Source: Bacteroidota bacterium
Lineage (GTDB): Bacteria; Bacteroidota; Bacteroidia; Sphingobacteriales; Sphingobacteriaceae
DNA: 64,000 bases
Direction: 5' to 3'
Assembly: GCA_040389205.1 (NCBI GenBank)
Contig: JAZKAL010000010.1
Span: 99,697 to 163,696 of the forward strand
The notes below the pieces were generated by a model that saw nothing but the letters and a program-made list of their open reading frames with translations, was not told the DNA's origin and did no database searches. Shown one piece after another: positions 28,560-37,013 of the stretch (its first letter is position 1; every line of letters begins with the position of its first letter). A program made the position numbers and the translations under genes.

Positions 28560-29327
28560 TTAAAACTCCAATTCAAGCAGCACGGGGCAATGGTCCGAGT
28601 GTTTTGCCTCCGGCAGGATAGCGCAACGCTTAATGTTTTCTTCAAGTTCGTTACTTGCCATGGCATAATCGATACGCCAGCCCAGGTTTTTACCACGTGC
28701 GCCCGAACGGAAGCTCCACCAGGTATAGTTATGGGGCTCTTTATTTACATGCCGGAAGGTATCTATAAACCCCGACTCTATAAAGTTCTCCATCCATTCG
28801 CGCTCTTCGGGCAAGAAGCCTGATGAGTTTGCATTTGATTTAGGGTTGTGGATGTCGATGGGTTTATGGCATATATTATAATCGCCGCATATTACCAGTT
28901 TAGGGTGTTCCACCTTTAACAAGGTAAGGTATTTGCCAAATTCGTCCAGGAAACGGTATTTAAAGATCTGCCTTTCATCGCCGCTTGAGCCGGAGGGGAA
29001 ATAGGCGCTCATTACCGATACCTCGTCAAAATCTACACGGATACAACGCCCTTCGCGGTCAAAGTCGGGGATGCCGCAGCCATATTCCACATGTTTAGGA
29101 GTGATTTTGCTAAAGATAGCCGTACCGCTGTAGCCCTTCTTTTCGGCCGGGAACCAGTAATGTTTATAACCTAATGCATCAACCAGGCCAAGTTCTTTAA
29201 TAACATCTGGCGTAGCCTTAATTTCCTGTAAGCACACTACGTCGGCATTGGTAGCCTGCAACCAGGCAAGCCAATCCTTATTTATTGCCGAGCGGATGCC
29301 GTTAACGTTATAGGTTATGATCTTCAT
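28560..29327 (-). CDS. xth: Exodeoxyribonuclease III (AP endonuclease)
   Basis: TYNVNGIRS, CLQEIKA, KKGYSG, YFPSG, GDYNICH, YTWWSFR, WRIDY, SDHCP. Confidence 0.96.
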   Translation of the reverse strand: MKIITYNVNGIRSAINKDWLAWLQATNADVVCLQEIKATPDVIKELGLVDALGYKHYWFPAEKKGYSGTAIFSKITPKHVEYGCGIPDFDREGRCIRVDFDEVSVMSAYFPSGSSGDERQIFKYRFLDEFGKYLTLLKVEHPKLVICGDYNICHKPIDIHNPKSNANSSGFLPEEREWMENFIESGFIDTFRHVNKEPHNYTWWSFRSGARGKNLGWRIDYAMASNELEENIKRCAILPEAKHSDHCPVLLELEF

Positions 29328-29368
29328 AGTTTATGGGCATCGTGCCTATGTATTTTTCATTTAGAAGT

Positions 29369-29462
29369 GGTGACAATACACTGTCACCATATTAAACTTA
29401 GAACAATTGATAATGAATGAGTTGCAAATTAATGGCTGCATGTGCAAACGTGAACGTGAACA
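29369..29462. repeat. 94-bp dispersed repeat, copy A
   Basis: 67/94 gapless identity to the reverse complement of 47023-47116, including a perfect 22-bp block tgtgcaaacgtgaacgtgaaca. GGTGAC-N8-GTCACC hairpin at the other end. Confidence 0.8.
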
Positions 29463-29472
29463 CAGGACGTCA

Positions 29473-30183
29473 TTATTTTGCCTTGGGCCATAGCAATTCG
29501 TCCATGTGTTTGCATTCCTTTTTACTCAGCAATTCCACCGTCATCGGGATGTTGGTATCCGGCCTGTCGCGTGCATCTTTTTTAACGGCAGCAATCTGGT
29601 CAACCATATCAATGCCGGTAACCACTTCGCCATAAACGGTGTAGTTTTGGTCGAGGTGAGGTACGCCGCCAACGGTGGTATAAATATCGCGCTGCCAGGT
29701 AGGTATCTTGCGGCCTTTAAGGCGTGTCATTTCTAAGGTATCCAATTTACCGTTGGTCCAGCGTTTGCCCTCTACAATGTAAAACTGGCATGCACTTGAT
29801 GCCTTTTTAGGGTTGTCTTCGCGCGCGGCGGCCAGTACGCCACGTTTGTGGAAAAGGCTGTCTTTAAACTCGGCGGGTACGGTATATTTCAAATCGCCAT
29901 TACCCAGCTCAACCCCGGGTTTGTTTTTAGCAGTATCGCGCGAATCAGGGTCTCCGCCCTGGATCATAAAGTTTTGTATGACACGGTGAAAAAGTGTGCC
30001 GTTATAAAAACCTTGTTTGGCAAGTTTTATAAAGTTATCGCGGTGTAGCGGTGTCTCATTATACAATCTTATAATTACACTGCCATAAGTTGTTTTGATG
30101 CGAACGTATTGGTTTTTGGGTGGTTTGGCAAAGGCAATACTTACAGTAAGCAGCAGCAAACAAAGGGTAAAAAATCTCTTCAT
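29473..30183 (-). CDS. Cyclophilin-type peptidyl-prolyl isomerase, exported
   Basis: Signal peptide, TPLHRDNF, FHRVIQNFMIQGGD, HKRGVLAAAR, QFYIV, PHLDQNYTVYGEV. Confidence 0.94.
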   Translation of the reverse strand: MKRFFTLCLLLLTVSIAFAKPPKNQYVRIKTTYGSVIIRLYNETPLHRDNFIKLAKQGFYNGTLFHRVIQNFMIQGGDPDSRDTAKNKPGVELGNGDLKYTVPAEFKDSLFHKRGVLAAAREDNPKKASSACQFYIVEGKRWTNGKLDTLEMTRLKGRKIPTWQRDIYTTVGGVPHLDQNYTVYGEVVTGIDMVDQIAAVKKDARDRPDTNIPMTVELLSKKECKHMDELLWPKAK

Positions 30184-30199
30184 ATCTTGGTTTATTCAA

Positions 30200-30553
30200 T
30201 TAAAATATCCATTCCATTTCCGACTCAAAGTAGTCAATTATCAGCGATTTTATCACCATCTCCTGCTCAAGCAGGGTGTAGTTGGGAACGACCTTTACCA
30301 GTTTCCAGTGTGGCCAGCCATCCTGGTCAAGCCCCTCCAGTTCATAAAACCCCATCTTGCTAAATAGCTTGCAATTGGCTATGTGCATCAGCTCTTCCTT
30401 TTGCCTTTTGCTAAACTTTTTTGGCCCCTGGCCAAGCTCCTGCACACCTATCAAAAACAACACAACTTTTATATCGGGTTTCTCGTTATCAAACTCGGTA
30501 GCAATTTTGTCTTGCAGGGCGGCCCATTTCAAATTGATCTCTGCGGGTTTCAT
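30200..30553 (-). CDS. Conserved hypothetical protein
   Basis: LFLIGVQELG, KEELMHIA and DGWPHW look like a conserved Bacteroidota small protein. Co-oriented with the cyclophilin gene, 16-nt gap. Confidence 0.8.
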   Translation of the reverse strand: MKPAEINLKWAALQDKIATEFDNEKPDIKVVLFLIGVQELGQGPKKFSKRQKEELMHIANCKLFSKMGFYELEGLDQDGWPHWKLVKVVPNYTLLEQEMVIKSLIIDYFESEMEWIF

Positions 30554-30653
30554 ACAGGCAAATATACTGATGTGGCGCGGTTATTGGCATTTATACCCAT
30601 ATACAATTAACAACATTGTTACGTATTTACATTATGATTAGCATTTTATTAAC

Positions 30654-30661
30654 TACTTTTG
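30654..30661 (+). promoter_or_regulatory. -7 promoter box for the uORF-TonB receptor unit
   Basis: TACTTTTG, 28 nt before the TTG start. Confidence 0.55.
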
Positions 30662-30689
30662 CCATGTATTATTAAATACACAGCTTGTT

Positions 30690-31019
30690 TTGAAAAAAGG
30701 CACTTATCATATTTTTTGCGCATGGGCGCTAATGCTCTGTTTTATAACGGGGCAGTATATGGTTTTTGCCCATCAGCACAACATCATCAAAACAATACAC
30801 GCTAAAAATTGCGACGACTGCCATAACAGCTCAAAGCAGGAGTTTAAAGAAAAGTGCCAGCTTTGCGACAGCATGCACCATACATATATGGAGCTGCCCG
30901 GCAATAGTCAGTACGCGTTGTTTACTCCTGCCAATCATACCTACGTTACTTTTGAGTATGATTTTACCAGCATAGCCCTCATCCTATCCCAGGGGCGTGC
31001 TCCTCCTGTAGTTTCATAA
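30690..31019 (+). CDS. DUF2946/CruR-like upstream regulatory ORF (TM segment, CxxC, His, C-terminal RAPP)
   Basis: TTG start, hydrophobic N-terminus, HQH, CDDCH, CQLCDSMHH, GRAPPVVS-stop directly upstream of a TonB receptor. Confidence 0.8.
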   Translation: MKKGTYHIFCAWALMLCFITGQYMVFAHQHNIIKTIHAKNCDDCHNSSKQEFKEKCQLCDSMHHTYMELPGNSQYALFTPANHTYVTFEYDFTSIALILSQGRAPPVVS

Positions 31020-31039
31020 TACTACTATTAACTACTTAA

Positions 31040-31078
31040 CGCCGCATCAGGCGGTATTTCTTGTATTTTTTATTTTAC
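31040..31078 (+). terminator. Possible attenuator/terminator hairpin between uORF and receptor
   Basis: gccgc-atcag-gcggt followed by the T-rich tract atttcttgtattttttatttt. Stem is short. Confidence 0.35.
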
Positions 31079-31085
31079 TATTATT

Positions 31086-33386
31086 ATGAAACGTAAGCTT
31101 ATATATTGCTTTATATTTTTGTTTATTCAGATCTCTGCATTTGCAGATGTTATAGATTTTAAGGGTAAGGTTATTGATGCCAAAACTAAAGAGCCGCTTA
31201 TTGGCGCTACAGTTAACATACCTGATCTACGCCTTTCGGTTGCCACCAATGCCAACGGTGAGTTTTCATTTAGATCCATACCGGCAAAAGGCAGCTTTGT
31301 AGTACAGGTGCAATACCTTAGCTATAAAACCCTAACCCAAACGGTAGAATTTTCTTCAAATACCCCTTTAGTGTTTGCCCTGCAACCCAGTGTTATCGAA
31401 TCGCACGAGGTGGTAATTACCGGTACGCCTATTACATCGGGCAGCCGTAGTAACAGCACATCGGCATCGGTTGTAACTAAAGAGCAATTACAGATATCAT
31501 CCACCAATTTAATTGATGCATTGGCGAGGCAGGTGCCGGGTGTAAGCCAGATAACCACCAGCCAGGCCATATCAAAACCTGTTATACGCGGTCTAAGCTA
31601 CAACCGCGTAGTTACCCTAAATGACGGTGTTAAACAGCAAGGCCAGCAATGGGGCGATGAGCACGGTATTGAGATGGACCAGTTTGCTGCAGGCCGTGTT
31701 GAGGTTTTACGTGGTGCCGCATCGTTACAATACGGATCGGATGCATTGGGTGGTGTTATCAACGTGATAGATCCGCCGACGCCGTCAGAAGGTAACATAG
31801 CGGGAGAAGTACTAACCAACTACTCTACCAATAACGGGTTAAGCAATACATCTGTTATGCTAAGCGGTAACCAGAACGGTTTTGTTTGGAGGGGCCGTGG
31901 TACCTATCAAAATGCTTACTCATTTAACACGCCCGCAGGCCGTTATATTAACAGCGGCTTTAACCAGACTAACGCCAGCGGTATGTTGGGGTTGAATAAA
32001 TTATGGGGTTACTCACATTTAAATTTCTCTTATTTTAAAGACAACATAGGTTTTTACGATTCAGAGCCGGGCGACCCGCTTTACAACGATAACAAAAGCC
32101 GCACTATTGATTACCCGCGCCAGGACATACGCCACTATAAAGTTGCATTGAACAATAACTTTCAGTTTGGTGGCAGTTCGTTAAAATTAGATCTGGGATA
32201 TCAGAAGAACCAGCGCCGCGAGTTGGAGGACAATCCTACACCGAACCTGTTCTTCGATATGAATACTTATTCGCTTGATGCTAAATATTACCTGCCCGAA
32301 AGTAATGGATGGCACCCGGTAATTGGCTTAAGCAGTAGCCTGAGCCATAGCGTTAACCTCGGTGAAGAGTTGCTGATACCTGCTTATGACGAATACAGTA
32401 CAGGTGCATTTGTTTATGCCAAAAAGGTATGGGGCCAAAACACCTTTAGTGCAGGTGCCCGTTTCGATTACATTAAAAATAAAGGTAAAGCCCAGAACGA
32501 TGAAGCGGGTGACCCGATATTTGTTGGATTCGACAATAAGTTTTCTAACGTTAGTGCGGCCCTGGGTTACACCCACATCTTTAACGACGTACTAAGCTTT
32601 AAGGCTAATGCAGGTTCTGCCTTCCGTGCGCCAAACCCTGCCGAACTGGGAAGTAACGGTGTGCACGAAGGCACAAGCCGTTACGAAATTGGCGATGCTA
32701 ACCTTAGTCCCGAAAGAAGTTACCAGGCCGATGCGACGTTAGAGTACGGCTCGGGCTTTGTTACCGGTAGCTTTGGTATCTATGAAAACTACATTCATAA
32801 CTTTATTTACGCGTCAAACACCAATAAAGAACAAACAACTGTTATTGATGAAGGAACAGGGTTGCCAAGGGCGTATGATACCTACCGTTACGGACAGGTA
32901 AACGCTAACCTTTACGGGTTTGAAGGTAACTTAACACTGCATCCGGTATCATTCATTCATTTTGAAAATACATTTAGCTATACCAGAGCGCAGAATACCA
33001 CATTTGACAGGCCTTTGCCTCTGATACCTGCCGGTGTATTACATAACGCCCTGCGTTTTGAGCCTAAAATTAAAGGCATTAAAGACTTTTATTTTTATGC
33101 GGGTATAGATAACTTTTTTAAACAAAGCCGTGTTGACGCTACATTTGAAACACCTACAGATGGTTACACCTTGCTTAACGCTGGTGTAGGCGCAACATTT
33201 AATATTGGTAAACAGCCTTTAAAACTTTATGTATCGGGTACCAACCTTACCAATAAAGCATATTACGATGCCCTTAGCCGCCTAAGGCCGGGCCGCTACA
33301 GCCAGGAAGACCCTACCTACGGGGTTTACAACATGGGCCGTAACATAACCTTTGGGGTATACATACCCTTTGGAACCAATAAATAA
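31086..33386 (+). CDS. TonB-dependent receptor (probable metal uptake)
   Basis: Signal peptide, carboxypeptidase-like N domain, plug KPVIRGL, QQWGDEHG, EVLRGAASLQYGSDALGGVINVI, C-terminal GRNITFGVYIPF. Confidence 0.92.
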   Translation: MKRKLIYCFIFLFIQISAFADVIDFKGKVIDAKTKEPLIGATVNIPDLRLSVATNANGEFSFRSIPAKGSFVVQVQYLSYKTLTQTVEFSSNTPLVFALQPSVIESHEVVITGTPITSGSRSNSTSASVVTKEQLQISSTNLIDALARQVPGVSQITTSQAISKPVIRGLSYNRVVTLNDGVKQQGQQWGDEHGIEMDQFAAGRVEVLRGAASLQYGSDALGGVINVIDPPTPSEGNIAGEVLTNYSTNNGLSNTSVMLSGNQNGFVWRGRGTYQNAYSFNTPAGRYINSGFNQTNASGMLGLNKLWGYSHLNFSYFKDNIGFYDSEPGDPLYNDNKSRTIDYPRQDIRHYKVALNNNFQFGGSSLKLDLGYQKNQRRELEDNPTPNLFFDMNTYSLDAKYYLPESNGWHPVIGLSSSLSHSVNLGEELLIPAYDEYSTGAFVYAKKVWGQNTFSAGARFDYIKNKGKAQNDEAGDPIFVGFDNKFSNVSAALGYTHIFNDVLSFKANAGSAFRAPNPAELGSNGVHEGTSRYEIGDANLSPERSYQADATLEYGSGFVTGSFGIYENYIHNFIYASNTNKEQTTVIDEGTGLPRAYDTYRYGQVNANLYGFEGNLTLHPVSFIHFENTFSYTRAQNTTFDRPLPLIPAGVLHNALRFEPKIKGIKDFYFYAGIDNFFKQSRVDATFETPTDGYTLLNAGVGATFNIGKQPLKLYVSGTNLTNKAYYDALSRLRPGRYSQEDPTYGVYNMGRNITFGVYIPFGTNK

Positions 33387-33418
33387 TAAGTATAGTTAGT
33401 TAGTTTAGTTAGAAAGAG

Positions 33419-33445
33419 AGCCCCGGAGTAGTTAACCGGGGCTTT
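33419..33445. terminator. Terminator between convergent genes
   Basis: agccccgg-agtagttaa-ccggggct. Confidence 0.6.
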
Positions 33446-33450
33446 CGCTT

Positions 33451-34065
33451 TTATTGAGGCCGGTTAATGCCCAAAATTTCGAGGTCTCGCTGTAAACTTT
33501 GTGGTGAGGTAAAGTGGATGGATTTGATACCCAGCTTTTCTGCCGCCAATACGTTGCGGAGGTTATCGTCAATAAACAAAGCTTTTTTGGGCGTAACCTG
33601 ATACCTGTCTAATAGCAGCCTATAAAAAGCGGGGGCTGGCTTACGCATCTTCTCTGTTCCGGATACAACGATGCCATCAAACCAGTTCAGGAAATGGTAG
33701 CGCTCTAAAGCAACCGGAAACGTCTCTGCCGACCAGTTGGTCAGCGCGTAAATTTTATACTTGCCACTATCTTTTAATTGTTTAAATATCTCTACTGTGC
33801 CCTCAATGGCGTCGCCAAGCATTTCATTCCAACGGCCGTAAAACGCACGGATATTTTCCTCGTGCTGCGGGTGTTGCGCAGCCAATAAGTCCGTTCCCTC
33901 CTGTAAGGAACGCCCTGCATCCTGCTCTTCATTCCAGTCGGGTGTGGTGATGGTGGCCAGGAAATGTGTCATTTCCTGCTCGTTGGCAAACAATTTACGG
34001 TATAGGTACTGCGGGTTCCAGTCTATAAGCACCGCGCCCAGGTCAAATATGATGGTATCAATCAT
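33451..34065 (-). CDS. HAD family phosphatase
   Basis: FDLGAV motif I, LTNWS, RKP, FIDD. Confidence 0.92.
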   Translation of the reverse strand: MIDTIIFDLGAVLIDWNPQYLYRKLFANEQEMTHFLATITTPDWNEEQDAGRSLQEGTDLLAAQHPQHEENIRAFYGRWNEMLGDAIEGTVEIFKQLKDSGKYKIYALTNWSAETFPVALERYHFLNWFDGIVVSGTEKMRKPAPAFYRLLLDRYQVTPKKALFIDDNLRNVLAAEKLGIKSIHFTSPQSLQRDLEILGINRPQ

Positions 34066-34478
34066 TTTTTAGCCGCGTTCTGTTTCTCGTGTTTTTGTTT
34101 AAGCTTTTCCTTGTTGTCTTTTTCGATGACCTTGTAATCGCTCACAACCGAATCCTTATTCAGGTAAAGCACTAGGCTTTTTGCATAAACCGTATCTATG
34201 CCGTCCATCTTGCGGATTATCTCGTATTCAAATTCCTTTTGGGTAAAGCCCGTACGCTGCGGGTACTTTAATAAGCCCACCGCTTGTTTAAAAGTTAGTC
34301 CCTTAAGTTTATGAGTAGCCAGCAGGTCATCAAGCATACCCTCACGCCTTGGGAAGGTGAGTCCATCTCCATCATCCCAACCTTTGGTGGTAAATTTTTC
34401 CTTTTTAGCCTCACAGCCAGATATGGCTACGATAAAGGAAATTATAGTAATGATCTTTAAAAAAGTACTTTTAAGCAT
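34062..34478 (-). CDS. Hypothetical lipoprotein (SmpA/OmlA-like pattern)
   Basis: Lipobox ISGC after a hydrophobic stretch; start at 34478; GLTFKQAVGLLKYP segment; overlaps the neighbouring genes. Confidence 0.65.
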   Translation of the reverse strand: MLKSTFLKIITIISFIVAISGCEAKKEKFTTKGWDDGDGLTFPRREGMLDDLLATHKLKGLTFKQAVGLLKYPQRTGFTQKEFEYEIIRKMDGIDTVYAKSLVLYLNKDSVVSDYKVIEKDNKEKLKQKHEKQNAAKK

Positions 34479-34488
34479 GGTAATATTG

Positions 34489-35799
34489 CTAAGCATTATT
34501 TAGCAAATATCCTTTAAATTCTTCAAAGCTTGTACCTAAACTTGTCGCCTGATGCGCTTTTTTCTCGAGGGCTGCAACCTGTTCGGGGATGTCGATCTTA
34601 CCAGCCAGCTCCGGTGTAAATACATCCGGAAATTTGCATGGATGCGCGGTTGATAAAAATACACCCGCAGTGTCGTTTGAGCCGTGCTCCTGCTGATACG
34701 CTTTCAAAGCCTTCCAGGCAATGGCGGTATGCGGGCAGGCGATATAATTGTACTGTTTAGATACAGCCTCTATGGATTCCAGGGTTTCTTCATCGTTATA
34801 AGTGTAACCCACAATAAGTTTATTGAGCGCTTCGGGCTCGTCCTTAAATAAGCCTGCAATGCGGACCCAATTGCTTGGGTTGCCCACATCCATAGCATTT
34901 GACAGGGTTGCTACCGACGGTTTTGGCTGATAAACGCCCGTCTTAAGAAAAGCCGGGACAGTATCATTAGCGTTTGTTGCCGCTATAAACTGCTCAACAG
35001 GCAAGCCCATTTTCCAGGCTAATAAACCCGCGCCAATATTACCAAAGTTGCCGCTTGGCACCGCGAATACTACCTTGCTGATACCCGCTCTAAACAATTG
35101 GGCGTAGGCATTAAAATAGTAAAAGGTTTGCGGTATAAGACGTGCAATATTAATAGAGTTGGCAGATGTTAAACGGAATTTCTCATTCAGCTCTCTATCG
35201 GTAAAGGCCTGTTTAACCAGGGCCTGGCAGTCATCAAAAGTGCCATCAATTTCCAGTGCGCGGATGTTTTGGCCATTGGTGGTTAATTGTAATTCTTGTA
35301 TTTGGCTTACCTTTCCCTTAGGGTAAAGGATGGTTACCCGTGTGTTAGGTACTCCTAAAAAGCCCAGGGCTACAGCACCACCTGTATCTCCGGATGTTGC
35401 CACCAGTACGTCGAGCTGTTTTTCGCCATCTTGTAAAAAGTAGCTCATTATCCGGCTCATGAAACGCGCGCCAAAATCTTTAAACGCCAATGAAGGCCCG
35501 TGGAAAAGCTCCAGCACGTACACGTTCTCTTCCAGCTTTACTACGGGCGCGTAAAAGTTAATGGCATCTTCAATGATAGCTTTCAGATCATCGGCCGGAA
35601 TGTCATCGCCCAAAAGGTTTTGTGCCACATGGAACGCGATCTCCGGCAGCGTGTATTGATCAAGATTATTCAGTAATTTGTCATCAAGCCTTGGTATCTC
35701 TACCGGCATGTATAAGCCCTTATCCTGCGGCATGCTGTTAAAAACCGCTTCTTTAAACCCAACCCTTAAATCTGTATTGTTAGTGCTGTAGAATTTCAT
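34489..35799 (-). CDS. thrC: Threonine synthase
   Basis: DKGLYMP, ELFHGPSLAFKDFG (PLP Lys), ATSGDTG, SANSINIARL, VPSGNFG, STAHPCKF. Confidence 0.97.
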   Translation of the reverse strand: MKFYSTNNTDLRVGFKEAVFNSMPQDKGLYMPVEIPRLDDKLLNNLDQYTLPEIAFHVAQNLLGDDIPADDLKAIIEDAINFYAPVVKLEENVYVLELFHGPSLAFKDFGARFMSRIMSYFLQDGEKQLDVLVATSGDTGGAVALGFLGVPNTRVTILYPKGKVSQIQELQLTTNGQNIRALEIDGTFDDCQALVKQAFTDRELNEKFRLTSANSINIARLIPQTFYYFNAYAQLFRAGISKVVFAVPSGNFGNIGAGLLAWKMGLPVEQFIAATNANDTVPAFLKTGVYQPKPSVATLSNAMDVGNPSNWVRIAGLFKDEPEALNKLIVGYTYNDEETLESIEAVSKQYNYIACPHTAIAWKALKAYQQEHGSNDTAGVFLSTAHPCKFPDVFTPELAGKIDIPEQVAALEKKAHQATSLGTSFEEFKGYLLNNA

Positions 35800-35833
35800 T
35801 TTGTATTTTCTTTTCCATTATACTTCTCCGCGC

Positions 35834-35924
35834 TCATTGCGAGGTACGAAGCAATCTCTTTAAGCAAATCCTTCATGCAAGGTGTACAACTATCCTAAAG
35901 AGATTGCTTCGTACCTCGCAATGA
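35834..35924. repeat. REP-like palindrome with a 29-bp perfect inverted repeat
   Basis: tcattgcgaggtacgaagcaatctcttta / taaagagattgcttcgtacctcgcaatga around a 33-nt loop. Confidence 0.9.
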
Positions 35925-35936
35925 CGGTTTAGTGGT

Positions 35937-36923
35937 TTATCCTAAAACCCTCGGCCCTGCGTCATTTATAGTTGACACATAACCGTTGGAGCCTATTTTG
36001 ATGTTTGTTAAGTGCTTCTGCAGTTTATGGGTGATGCGTTTTGCGGTTTCCTCATCGCGCGTAAACGCAAATACCGATGGCCCTGAGCCGGAAATGCCAA
36101 AGCTTACCGCCCCTAAATCCATAGCTATTTGGCGCATTTCATAAAAATCGGGTATCAGCATACTGCGCACCGGCTCTACCAATACATCTTTCATGCTGCG
36201 GCCAATCAGGTCAATATCCTGCATAAACAGGCCGCTTACCAGGCCTGCAATATTGCCCCACTGGGTTACGGCATCTTTCATCTGGATGTTTTTGCGGATG
36301 ATCTGCCTCGCCTCCCGTGTTGGTACATCCACATCCGGGAATACGATGGCGCACCATAAATTGGCCGGGTGCGGTAAACGTACTACATCTAAAGGCTCGT
36401 AGCTGCGGATCAGCACAAAGCCACCCAATAAGGCAGGTGCAACATTATCTGCATGCCCGTGGCCGCAAGCCATTTCCTCCCCCTTCATGGCGAATGGCAG
36501 CAGCGTTGATGGGTCGGTATCATCACCCAGCAAAGTTTTGATGGCAAATAATCCCGCGACCGTACTGGCCGAACTGGATCCCAGTCCACTTCCTATCGGC
36601 ATTTTTTTGTGAAGTTCAATATCGAGGCCAATGTCCAGCCTGTCTATGCTGCGCAGGTAATGCTCCACGCTTACGCTCACTGTGTTTTTTGCCGGGTTAA
36701 GCGGCAGGCGGCCATCATCGCCGGTAATTTTGCTGATGGTGATACCGGGCTTATCGGTTATGCGCATAATTACCTCATCGCCGGGTTCGTTCACCGCGAA
36801 GCCCAGCACATCAAACCCGCATACCACATTGGCGACAGTGGCCGGTGCGAAGACGTGGATACTATCCAGGGCCTTTTTATTTGCCTTCGCCGGCTGTTTT
36901 AAATCTTGTATATCGTTACTCAT
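35937..36923 (-). CDS. thrB: Homoserine kinase
   Basis: APATVANVVCGFD, PIGSGLGSSSAS GHMP motif, HADNVAP, ISGSGPS. Start taken at MSNDIQ. Confidence 0.96.
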   Translation of the reverse strand: MSNDIQDLKQPAKANKKALDSIHVFAPATVANVVCGFDVLGFAVNEPGDEVIMRITDKPGITISKITGDDGRLPLNPAKNTVSVSVEHYLRSIDRLDIGLDIELHKKMPIGSGLGSSSASTVAGLFAIKTLLGDDTDPSTLLPFAMKGEEMACGHGHADNVAPALLGGFVLIRSYEPLDVVRLPHPANLWCAIVFPDVDVPTREARQIIRKNIQMKDAVTQWGNIAGLVSGLFMQDIDLIGRSMKDVLVEPVRSMLIPDFYEMRQIAMDLGAVSFGISGSGPSVFAFTRDEETAKRITHKLQKHLTNIKIGSNGYVSTINDAGPRVLG

Positions 36924-36951
36924 CTTAATTCTATTAATTAACACACCCCGG

Positions 36952-36967
36952 CCCCTCTCAAGAGGGG
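36952..36967. repeat. Short hairpin remnant of the CCCTCTCC-type palindrome family
   Basis: cccctct-ca-agagggg. Confidence 0.45.
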
Positions 36968-37013
36968 AACCCGGCGCTGCACCTTTTTTACCTTGTCTCT
37001 CGATTCTTATTTC

